The notes under the pieces: generated by a model
Databases searched by the model: none
Told to the model about the DNA's origin: nothing
The model's input: the letters and a program-made list of their open reading frames with translations, nothing else
Program-made: the position numbers and the translations under genes
Assembly (NCBI GenBank): GCA_028711445.1
Contig: JAQTSD010000002.1
Location: 27,044 to 91,043, forward strand
Direction: 5' to 3'
Source of the DNA: Candidatus Peribacteraceae bacterium
Lineage (GTDB): Bacteria > Patescibacteriota > Gracilibacteria > Peribacterales > Peribacteraceae
DNA length: 64,000 nucleotides
Part shown: piece by piece, positions 6,955 to 14,383 of the stretch
How the letters are laid out: each line of letters starts with the position of its first letter
Numbering within the stretch: the stretch's first letter is position 1

Positions 6955-9201
6955 CTACGCAATCATGCGTTTCCTCACGCGTTTCTCGCGATGCCTGTTC
7001 GCGAAGCGATGGGCCTCGTCGCGCAGGCGCATGAGGAGGAATTTCGCCTGAGAATCTTTTGGGAAGATCACGGGCTCCGTTGATCCCGGGACGAAGACCT
7101 CCTCCTCCCTCTTTGCGAGGCCGATCACGGGGATGGCGAGCTTCGCATCCTTCAAGATTTCGAGCGCGGCAGAGAGCTGCCCCTTGCCGCCGTCGATGAC
7201 GAGGAGGTCGGGCCGCATGGAGAGCGATGGATCGGTCTTATTCTTCGATGCTTCCCACATCATGCAGATCACCTCGATATTCTTAAAAAATTTCTGAGCG
7301 CGCTTTGCCTTTTCAAGGATGGAATTTGGCGCTGTTCGGACGGTGCGGAAGCCGATGGCTGCGTAGTAGTCCTCCAGCTCAGCCTTCGTTTCCAGGTAGA
7401 CCTTTCCTGTTTTTACTCCTTTGAGGAGGTGCCGGATGATGCACTGTCCAAGATGCTTACCTCGCAAACGCTCGTCTACAAACACTGTGCCGAGTTCCAA
7501 CGCCTTCTCGGTCTTCCGAATCCTCCCGGACCCCACAATTTTTTTCTTCCGCTCCACGACGACGAATTCTTTCGGATTCACATCAGACGTATCCACCTCA
7601 TCTGCGTGTGGTGTCAGGAACTTCTCCAATGCCTTCCGATCGCTATTTTTCCCCCTTCGCACGATGATTCCCTTTTCATTCCATATCTTTTCCTCCTCCC
7701 GTACCGAATCGGCGAGATGCCGCAGTCTTCGTCCTAGCACTTCTTTGAGTGCACGATAGTCGTCGATCTCCCCCTCCTTCATCGTGCGGATCGTGAAAGA
7801 CCGGTAGAGGTCGCTCGCGGATTTTCCGTCTTTCGCGACGGCCATGCTTCCCACCGTCTCCGTGCCGGAGAGGTGCGAGATGTCGTAGCCTTCGATGCGC
7901 TTGGGTGGAATTTTCAGCGCGAGGAGTTCCGCAAGTTCTTTGAGCGCGAGAGCCGTGTTTTCGGCTTGCACTTCCCATTTCGTCTCCTGCGCGCGCATCT
8001 TCTCGAGCGCGTTTCTTTCCGCGAGGGAAAGGAGATGCGACTTCTTCCCGCGTTGTGCGATGCGCAGTTCCATGGCGGCTCCGCGCATCTTCCTGAGCCA
8101 CTCTTCAAGGAGCGCATGCTCGGGTAATTCTTCTCCGATGGCGATCACAGGCGGGATATCCGTAGTTTGCGAGTAATACTGTGTGAGGAAGTGCGCGAGC
8201 GCGTCCGCAGCCGATTCGGCAAGACCTAAGAGCGGGAAGTCTTTCTCTGAGATCACTTTGCCGCCGCGCTGAGCGAGCAAAACGATCTGGGTGCGTCCGT
8301 GGCCCGAGGCGAGCCCGATCACGTCCGCGTCCTCGCCGGATGTGTCCGAGATGAGCTGCTTCTCCTGCATGGCTTTCATGCGCGTGAGGACATCCCGGAT
8401 TTTGGCTGCCTGCTCATACTTCTTTTCGGCTGCGGCTTCTTGCATACGCTGTAGGATCAGCTCATTGAGTGCACGGTCGTCGCCCTTGAGGAAGTTGATC
8501 ACGCCGGAGATGGATTGCGCGCGGTACTCCTCCGGCGTGACGGTGCCGATGCAAGGAGCCGAGCACTGGTGAATGTGGTGGTCGAGACAGGGGGTGGGAC
8601 GGTCGCGGTGGGTAACAATAATGGGAATGAGGACTTGGGACTTGGGACTTGGAGATTTCGCTGCCCGTTGCCCATTTTTTTCTGCCGCTTCAATGCTCAT
8701 TTTGCAGTTTCTGAAGGGGAAGATTTTCCGCAGCATGGTCAGGGTTTCACGCACATCAAACGCGCTCGTGTATGGACCGAAATATTTCGCTTTGTCGTCA
8801 GCCATCCGCCGGACGATCTCCACGCTCGGGAAGGGGTCTTGGATCGCGACGCGGACGTAGACATAGTTCTTGTCGTCCTTCATGAGGACGTTATATTTGG
8901 GCTTACATTCTTTGATGAGATTCGTCTCGAGGATGAGTGCTTCGAGCTCCGTATTCGTGATCGTGCAGGAGAAATCCCGAACACGCTCCATGAGCGCGAT
9001 CTTCCACGGCCCCATGGTTTTGGCCATGGTCTTCTCCACGTAGCTCTTCAGACGGTTCCGCAGATTCTTCGCTTTCCCCACATAGAGGACATCTCCATCC
9101 TCATCCAGCCATCGGTAGACACCCGGATTGGTTGGCGCTTTCGCGATACGCTTGCGCAAGAGCGCGAGATGATCGGCCTTCTTATGGGCTTTCTTCGGCA
9201 C
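6955..9201 (-). CDS. uvrC: excinuclease ABC subunit C (UvrC) with an inserted GNAT-like domain and no C-terminal (HhH)2 domain
   Basis: GIY-YIG region (PGVYRWLDEDGDVLYVGKAKNLRNRLKSY), UVR domain (EKKYEQAAKIRD), and RNase-H-like endonuclease region (RIEGYDISHLSG...DLLVIDGGKGQL...IPVIGLAKREEEVF...RDEAHRFA). A GTG start at 9201 is inferred. The 930-aa track ORF extends upstream over the divergent GT2 gene. Confidence 0.85.
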   Translation of the reverse strand: MPKKAHKKADHLALLRKRIAKAPTNPGVYRWLDEDGDVLYVGKAKNLRNRLKSYVEKTMAKTMGPWKIALMERVRDFSCTITNTELEALILETNLIKECKPKYNVLMKDDKNYVYVRVAIQDPFPSVEIVRRMADDKAKYFGPYTSAFDVRETLTMLRKIFPFRNCKMSIEAAEKNGQRAAKSPSPKSQVLIPIIVTHRDRPTPCLDHHIHQCSAPCIGTVTPEEYRAQSISGVINFLKGDDRALNELILQRMQEAAAEKKYEQAAKIRDVLTRMKAMQEKQLISDTSGEDADVIGLASGHGRTQIVLLAQRGGKVISEKDFPLLGLAESAADALAHFLTQYYSQTTDIPPVIAIGEELPEHALLEEWLRKMRGAAMELRIAQRGKKSHLLSLAERNALEKMRAQETKWEVQAENTALALKELAELLALKIPPKRIEGYDISHLSGTETVGSMAVAKDGKSASDLYRSFTIRTMKEGEIDDYRALKEVLGRRLRHLADSVREEEKIWNEKGIIVRRGKNSDRKALEKFLTPHADEVDTSDVNPKEFVVVERKKKIVGSGRIRKTEKALELGTVFVDERLRGKHLGQCIIRHLLKGVKTGKVYLETKAELEDYYAAIGFRTVRTAPNSILEKAKRAQKFFKNIEVICMMWEASKNKTDPSLSMRPDLLVIDGGKGQLSAALEILKDAKLAIPVIGLAKREEEVFVPGSTEPVIFPKDSQAKFLLMRLRDEAHRFANRHREKRVRKRMIA

Positions 9202-9255
9202 GGGCGAAGCATAGCATTTCCGTCGCCCCCCTGTACTCTGGCATACTCTCCTCCT

Positions 9256-10071
9256 GTGGCTCCACCCCTCGTCTCCGCTCTCATCCTTAACTACCGCACG
9301 CCTGCCGATGTGGCCAAGTGTGTGCGGGCGCTCAAATCCCAAACGATTGCAGATCGTATCGAGATCATTGTTATCGACAATCATTCCGATGATGATTCCA
9401 TTGGCCGGATCCGCAACCAACTCTTGGGTGCAGATGGAGTTCACATCATTGAGACGCCGTCCAATCGCGGGTTTGCAGGCGGCAACAACTACGGAGCGCG
9501 CTACGTTACGGGCGAATATCTTCTCATCATCAACCCCGATACGGAACTGGAGCCCGGCGGCATCGAACGCATGGTTGCCATGCTTCGAGAAGATTCTACG
9601 ATCGGAATCCTGGCGCCGAAACTTCAGTTCCCAGACGGAACGATTCGCGACTCGTACCGCACGTTCCCCACGATCTTCGATGTCATCATCAAGCGGACGT
9701 TCTTCCGTCGCCTCTTCCCTCGACGCCTGAAACGTTACTTGCAACACGACACCGATCCGTGTCTTCAGCGCGACACTGATTGGGTGGTGGGCGCGTGTAT
9801 GTTCATGCGGAGAGGGTTTTATGAACAGTTACGGGGATTCGATGATCGGTTCTTCCTCTTCTTTGAAGATACGGATCTCTGCCGGCGGTGTTGGGATGCT
9901 GGTAAACGTGTCGTGTACTGCCCAGCAGTGCACGCATCCGATCGCAAGCAACGCTTGAGTGGTGGGGGGTTTCTTCCTTTGTTTACCACGAAAACCGGCC
10001 GCATCCATATGATTAGTGCGGTAAAGTATTTCTGGAAGTGGAGAGGGGCGGGGAGGGTCCAAGCGGCATAG
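9256..10071 (+). CDS. family 2 glycosyltransferase
   Basis: VSALILNYRTPADVAKCVRAL...IIVIDNHSDDDS...NRGFAGGNNYG...LLIINPDTE...FFLFFEDTDLCRR are classic GT2 (rhamnosyltransferase-like) motifs. A GTG start at 9256 is inferred. The track ORF start at 8515 is antisense to uvrC. Confidence 0.8.
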   Translation: MAPPLVSALILNYRTPADVAKCVRALKSQTIADRIEIIVIDNHSDDDSIGRIRNQLLGADGVHIIETPSNRGFAGGNNYGARYVTGEYLLIINPDTELEPGGIERMVAMLREDSTIGILAPKLQFPDGTIRDSYRTFPTIFDVIIKRTFFRRLFPRRLKRYLQHDTDPCLQRDTDWVVGACMFMRRGFYEQLRGFDDRFFLFFEDTDLCRRCWDAGKRVVYCPAVHASDRKQRLSGGGFLPLFTTKTGRIHMISAVKYFWKWRGAGRVQAA

Positions 10072-10072
10072 G

Positions 10073-10172
10073 GAAAGAAACCAAAGAGTCCAAGGAATCC
10101 AAGGAAACAAACAATTCTGTGCAATCGCCACTCGTTGGTTTCCTTGGTTTCGTCGGTTTCTTTGGACTCTTT
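10073..10172. repeat. palindromic element built from tandem 9-mers (NNNNCCAAR-G), copy A
   Basis: The left arm GAAAGAAACCAAAGAGTCCAAGGAATCCAAGGAAAC pairs with the right arm GGTTTCCTTGGTTTCGTCGGTTTCTTTGGACTCTTT. 10099-10108 pairs perfectly with 10138-10147, and 10083-10093 pairs perfectly with 10162-10172. Confidence 0.6.
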
Positions 10173-10228
10173 ATTTGACCGATTCATCCTTTTTCCCTAC
10201 CCTTCCTTGGCTTTTTTACGTTGAATTC

Positions 10229-10936
10229 ATGGAAATGGTGCCTCTGACAGTAACGGCTCGATCGAAGGAAGCTGCAGCGAAGGTGTTGCGTAAGAGCGGT
10301 AAAGTGCCATGTGTGCTCTACGGACATAATGCGAGCGGTGTCACGCTTCAGTGTAATTACAATGAGATCAAGCGGGCGTATCTCAAGGCGGGCGAGAGCA
10401 CGCTCGTAGAGCTCGATACCGGCGAGAAGAAGAAAATTCCGGCACTCTTTCATGCATTGGACGTGCATCCGGTAACCAATCGTATCATCCATGCAGATTT
10501 CTATGCTGTGGATATGACCAAGGAGATTACGGCGCACGTACCCTTGCAGATCGTCGGTGAGGCGCCTGCCGTGAAGGAATTGGGTGGTGTCATCGTCATT
10601 CCGCACGATCACGTAACAGTGGAGTGTCTTCCAGTTGCACTGCCACACCACATTCCAGTGGATATAAGTGGACTTGCGACATTCGGTGCGACGCTCACGA
10701 TCGGCGATCTTACCCTCCCGACCGGTGTGATTGTTCAGGAGGATAAGGGAACCGTTGTTGTGCTCATCCAACAGCCGCGCGAAGAGGAGGCCGTTACAAC
10801 CGCTTCTGTGGAAGGAGCTGCGGCGGAAGGAGTTGCTTCTGTGGAAGGAGCTGCGGCGGAGGGGGAAGGGAAGGATGCATCAGCGGCATCTGCCGATGCA
10901 GACAAGGATAAGAAGGACAAAGGTAGTAAGAAATGA
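10229..10936 (+). CDS. rplY: 50S ribosomal protein L25 / general stress protein Ctc
   Basis: TARSKEAAAKVLRKSGKVPCVLYGHN...STLVELD...HPVTNRIIHADFYAV...VPLQIVGEAPAVKELGGV is the typical Ctc-form L25, with an acidic/Lys-rich tail. ATG at 10229. Confidence 0.9.
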   Translation: MEMVPLTVTARSKEAAAKVLRKSGKVPCVLYGHNASGVTLQCNYNEIKRAYLKAGESTLVELDTGEKKKIPALFHALDVHPVTNRIIHADFYAVDMTKEITAHVPLQIVGEAPAVKELGGVIVIPHDHVTVECLPVALPHHIPVDISGLATFGATLTIGDLTLPTGVIVQEDKGTVVVLIQQPREEEAVTTASVEGAAAEGVASVEGAAAEGEGKDASAASADADKDKKDKGSKK

Positions 10937-10962
10937 TTGTTTTCTTCGCGTAGCTGTCACCA

Positions 10963-11988
10963 ATGAACATTCTTGCCCGCTTACTCTCCGTCCTCGTGTT
11001 CGCACTCACGTGTTTTGTTGGTGGAGCGCTCCTACTTGTCGCACTCACGGTTGCCCATCATCCGCAAGCGAAGACGCCGTCATACCGCTCCGTTCCGGCT
11101 GAGCCGGAAGCCAAGCCGGCGTTCTCTATCATCCTCTCTCGTTTGCCACTGCTGCCGTCGTTTTCGCGCGGAAAGCAACTCGTGACGGTCATGATTGAGA
11201 ATCATGAGGCGGCACGGCCGCATCAGAAGGGCTTGAGCGATGCACTCCTCATCGAGGAGTTCTTCGTGGAAGGTTATATTTCACGCTTCGCCGCACTCTA
11301 CGATGTTAAGCATCTTCCGAATATTCTCGGTCCTGTCCGGTCACTGCGGCCGTACTTCATCGACGGCATGCTTCCGTGGAGTCACATCTTTATTCACGCA
11401 GGCGGCAGTCCGGAAGCGCTCGGGCGTTTCGCGACGGATCCCACGATCACCTCCCTCAATGGACTGCATTTCTACGATCATTTCCAGCGCGACGAATCCG
11501 TGCCTGCGCCGCACAATCTCTTCCTTGCGGCTGATCGTGCTCTCGATCTCCTCTCATCCGATCTCCCTTCGATTGCGTGGCCACCTTACCCGGTTGGCAA
11601 TGCGTCGGGCGGAAACGAGGCAAGCGTGATCTCCATCAACTTCTTCAATCCGGAAAACAATGTTACCTACACCTTTGATTCGGGCCTTGGGCGATACATC
11701 CGCAAGAACGGAGACATAGTGAGCGAGGCAGAACCGTCGAATGTGCTCCTTCTGCAGATCCCGGTTCTCGGCGAGGGGGAGTCTGGCCGTCTTGATATCG
11801 ATGTTGTCGGCAAGGGCAAGGCCGTACTCTTTCGTTCCGGTGTAGCTATCGAGGGTCGATGGCGCAAGGATGCCGTCAGCAAGCCGTTCGTCTTCGAAGA
11901 TCTCTCTGGTCAGTTGCTTCCGTTCAGCCGCGGACAGACATGGATCACGGTGGTGGATTCACTCGAGGGGAGAGTGAAGTGGAAGTGA
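10963..11988 (+). CDS. DUF3048 domain-containing protein (membrane-anchored)
   Basis: N-terminal TM helix, then VMIENHEAARPHQKGLSDALLIEEFFVEGYISRFAALY...PVRSLRPYF, which is characteristic of DUF3048. Confidence 0.8.
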   Translation: MNILARLLSVLVFALTCFVGGALLLVALTVAHHPQAKTPSYRSVPAEPEAKPAFSIILSRLPLLPSFSRGKQLVTVMIENHEAARPHQKGLSDALLIEEFFVEGYISRFAALYDVKHLPNILGPVRSLRPYFIDGMLPWSHIFIHAGGSPEALGRFATDPTITSLNGLHFYDHFQRDESVPAPHNLFLAADRALDLLSSDLPSIAWPPYPVGNASGGNEASVISINFFNPENNVTYTFDSGLGRYIRKNGDIVSEAEPSNVLLLQIPVLGEGESGRLDIDVVGKGKAVLFRSGVAIEGRWRKDAVSKPFVFEDLSGQLLPFSRGQTWITVVDSLEGRVKWK

Positions 11989-11993
11989 TGATG

Positions 11994-12070
11994 AAAGAAT
12001 CCAAAGAAACCAAAGAGTCCAATGAGTCCAAGGGAATTCATCTTTGGCTTCCTTGGTTTCCTTGGACTCC
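11994..12070. repeat. palindromic element built from tandem 9-mers (NNNNCCAAR-G), copy B
   Basis: GAATCCAAAGAAACCAAAGAGTCCAATGAGTCCAAGG ... TTTGGCTTCCTTGGTTTCCTTGGACTC. 12024-12033 pairs perfectly with 12060-12069. It shares AAAGAAACCAAAGAGTCCAA with copy A and lies between convergent genes. Confidence 0.6.
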
Positions 12071-12109
12071 TCGCTGCCACGGAGCAGAGAGCCCCATCGT
12101 ACAACTGGA

Positions 12110-12463
12110 TTATTCCTGCCCCCGCTTATGGCGTGCAGAAATCATCCGTCCGCGCCGCGTTTTCAATTCCTTGTATTTTTTGAGCTGCGGTTCGAGCTTC
12201 TCCATGCATCGGTCTACCGCTTCGATAGGGTCACGTTTCCGCGATTCGGCACGTAGGATCTTCCCCGGCAACTCCACCGTGAGCGCGATCAGGATCTGGT
12301 CGCGATTCTTCTCCGTCAGCTGCATCTCCGATTCGATGCGGACGACAGAATCTTCCCGATTGAGCCTCTTGCAGTAGGTGGCGAGTCGGCCGAGCTTACG
12401 CGCAATCGTGAGGCGCTGTGTATCAGAGTAGGAGAATCCGCGTTCGAGGTGAATGATCTTCAT
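12110..12463 (-). CDS. hpf: ribosome hibernation promoting factor / RaiA family (short form)
   Basis: 117 aa. ...ILIALTVELPGKILRAESRKRDPIEAVDRCMEKLEPQLKKYKEL matches the S30AE/HPF C-terminal helix pattern (IDKLERQLRKYKEK-like). Confidence 0.8.
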   Translation of the reverse strand: MKIIHLERGFSYSDTQRLTIARKLGRLATYCKRLNREDSVVRIESEMQLTEKNRDQILIALTVELPGKILRAESRKRDPIEAVDRCMEKLEPQLKKYKELKTRRGRMISARHKRGQE

Positions 12464-12499
12464 GGGGAGGGGGGTGGGGGGGGGAGCGTGTGTGGGGCA

Positions 12500-12528
12500 A
12501 GAGTAGCACGGGTTGTCGGAGTTCGCAG
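12500..12528 (-). promoter_or_regulatory. candidate hpf promoter (-35 CTGCGA, 17 bp, TGc-TACTCT) giving a ~30-nt C-rich leader
   Basis: Read on the minus strand: CTGCGA at 12528-12523, TG at 12508-12507, TACTCT at 12505-12500. Confidence 0.4.
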
Positions 12529-12531
12529 CGA

Positions 12532-12560
12532 TTGAGAAATTCCGCAGAATTTGCTATAAT
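12532..12560 (+). promoter_or_regulatory. sigma-70 type promoter (-35 TTGAGA, 17 bp, TGc-TATAAT)
   Basis: TTGAGA at 12532-12537, TG at 12552-12553, TATAAT at 12555-12560, ATG at 12581. Confidence 0.55.
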
Positions 12561-12580
12561 ACAAACACATACACACTTCC

Positions 12581-12838
12581 ATGCCCACCGACTTAAGTCG
12601 CCTCATCAGCCTGGTGAAGGGGAGCAAGCTCCTCATGGATGACGAACGCAAAGAGTGGCTCGCCAAGATGGAAACGATGTCCGAGTCGCAGCTCAAAAAG
12701 CTGTCCGACATTCTCGAGCGTGCGGAGAAAGTGAACTGGACTCAAGAACTGCCCAAGTACGAGGCAGCCGTTCAGGCGGCGGAAACATTCGTACAATCGA
12801 CGCAAGCAACACTCTCTTCCCCTCTCACCAATGCCTGA
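12581..12838 (+). CDS. hypothetical helical protein (first gene of orphan cluster)
   Basis: 85-aa ORF behind a consensus promoter, with an 8-nt overlap with the next ORF. I recognise no family. Confidence 0.5.
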   Translation: MPTDLSRLISLVKGSKLLMDDERKEWLAKMETMSESQLKKLSDILERAEKVNWTQELPKYEAAVQAAETFVQSTQATLSSPLTNA

Positions 12839-14201
12839 GCCATTCGTTGAATCCTTTGAGGAAGGAAAGAGATCGGCGAAAGAGAGATTGGATGCTCTCA
12901 AGAAACAAATTCAGGAAACAAGAGAACTTCCTGTGACTCCCGCAGCAGCACCTGCCGCTGCGCCCGGAGTAGTACCGCCTCCGCCCACCCCTGAGACGCC
13001 CGCGCAGCAACAGGCACGATTCAATGAATTGAAACCAAGAGTGGATGCTCTGAAGGAAAGTGCGACGGGTACGATTGATGTGCTGAAGTCACGGTATTCA
13101 GATGCCAATGCCATTGCGAAACTCGACGAACTGCAGACTGCGATCTCGAATAAAATCACCACTCTCGTCGCCAAAACGACCATTGGAGAATTGGTAACCG
13201 AACTGAATGCCCTGAAGACAGAAGTGACAAATGTTGCTGCTGCGAACAAGCTTGGGAAGAAATTTGAGAACGCGAAAGATGCCATTCAAGCTGCCACTCA
13301 GGCGCCCGCAAGCAAAATCGTCAGCGATGAGATGACGCCACAGGAGATTGCACTCCGAGAGCAGGCAGATGCCGGCATGGGGTTTCTCAAAGGGACCAAG
13401 TGGCTCTTCGATCTGTGGATGAGCGCCCAGCCGATCATCAAGATGTTCCAGAAGATGAAGTGCATGGGTGACAAGGCGTGCGTGCAGCAGGTGGAGACGG
13501 AAGCTAAAGGACTCCAAGATCAGTTCGATGCGATCCACGGCACGCGCGATCTCCGTGAACGCTTCAGTAAGGCGCTCAAGGGTCGTGGTCTCACAGTGCG
13601 GCAGGGGACCAATGATGAATTGGCACTCGTGCGTTTTAAGGAACTGGAAGCCAAAAATCCGACAATGAGTCGTGAGGCGATTGTGTCCGCCGCCGCCAGC
13701 CAGTACCTAAGCAAGGTGCCGCCAGCAGCCGGGAAAAATGTGGTGACGCTCTATGGCATTCTCTTTGCGCAAGAGGCAGCCACGTCGGGTACGGAATCCC
13801 TTCAGCGGGAGGCTCCCTATGAAATCAAATTTGGAAACGGTCCGAAAGACAAGTATCAAGTGAACGCGAAAGGTGATGCACTCATCATTGGTGGTGCAGC
13901 ACACAAGCTCAAGGCAACAGGGACAGGTGTCGTTGGGAAGGATCTCAAGTTTTCACAGTTGGATATCACGAAGAAACCAGCGGTCGCTCCCGCAACCGTC
14001 GATACCTACTCTCTGACTCTTGGCATTTCCAGTCATGGCTTGCTGGGAGACAAGGTGGTGCACTCCGAGACATTCGATGGAAATGATGCCGTGAAGAAGT
14101 TCCTCGATGACGTGAAAGGAAAGAAACTCTCTTACGACGTTCAGGAGACGAAATATTTTGGGATGGCCAAGGGCGATGCATATAAGATTGAAGTGGCATA
14201 G
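12831..14201 (+). CDS. hypothetical protein (Pro-rich N-terminus, coiled-coil, C-terminal globular region)
   Basis: 456-aa ORF that is translationally coupled to the upstream ORF. I recognise no motif. Confidence 0.6.
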   Translation: MPEPFVESFEEGKRSAKERLDALKKQIQETRELPVTPAAAPAAAPGVVPPPPTPETPAQQQARFNELKPRVDALKESATGTIDVLKSRYSDANAIAKLDELQTAISNKITTLVAKTTIGELVTELNALKTEVTNVAAANKLGKKFENAKDAIQAATQAPASKIVSDEMTPQEIALREQADAGMGFLKGTKWLFDLWMSAQPIIKMFQKMKCMGDKACVQQVETEAKGLQDQFDAIHGTRDLRERFSKALKGRGLTVRQGTNDELALVRFKELEAKNPTMSREAIVSAAASQYLSKVPPAAGKNVVTLYGILFAQEAATSGTESLQREAPYEIKFGNGPKDKYQVNAKGDALIIGGAAHKLKATGTGVVGKDLKFSQLDITKKPAVAPATVDTYSLTLGISSHGLLGDKVVHSETFDGNDAVKKFLDDVKGKKLSYDVQETKYFGMAKGDAYKIEVA

Positions 14202-14228
14202 GGCGGGTTTTACGGAGAACCAATGTAC

Positions 14229-14303
14229 GTCATCCTGAGCTCGTCGAAGGATGATTTACCAAAGTTTGCGGGAGACATTATGGTTCGACGGGCTCACCAT
14301 GAC
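14229..14303. repeat. GTCATCCTGAGC...GTCGAAGG motif with imperfect inverted partner
   Basis: GTCATCCTGAGCTCGTCGAAGG (14229-14250) and TTCGACGGGCTCACCATGAC (14284-14303) form an imperfect palindrome. A related motif occurs at 48187-48209. Confidence 0.4.
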
Positions 14304-14328
14304 GTGTTTTTTGATTCCAAAAGCTTTC

Positions 14329-14357
14329 TTGGCTCGCAGCCCGATTTCTGCTATAAT
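14329..14357 (+). promoter_or_regulatory. sigma-70 type promoter (-35 TTGGCT, 17 bp, TGc-TATAAT)
   Basis: TTGGCT at 14329-14334, TG at 14349-14350, TATAAT at 14352-14357, ATG at 14384. Confidence 0.55.
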
Positions 14358-14383
14358 TTAAGGAAAATTACACACTCTTCTTT

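Noticed and set aside
8515-9255. Upstream 247 codons of the 518-aa plus-strand ORF containing the glycosyltransferase.
   Set aside because: This part is antisense to uvrC and looks like a shadow frame (Arg/Gly/Val-rich). GT2 similarity starts at about 9256.
9202-9747. N-terminal 180-aa extension of the 930-aa uvrC track ORF.
   Set aside because: The extension is antisense to the well-supported GT2 gene and has no UvrC similarity. The GIY-YIG domain begins about 25 residues after the GTG at 9201.
10073-12070. The 9-mer repeat arrays as a possible CRISPR array or DnaA-box cluster.
   Set aside because: The units are contiguous 9-mers without spacers and are arranged as palindromes. They do not match TTATCCACA. 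No cas genes or replication genes are nearby.
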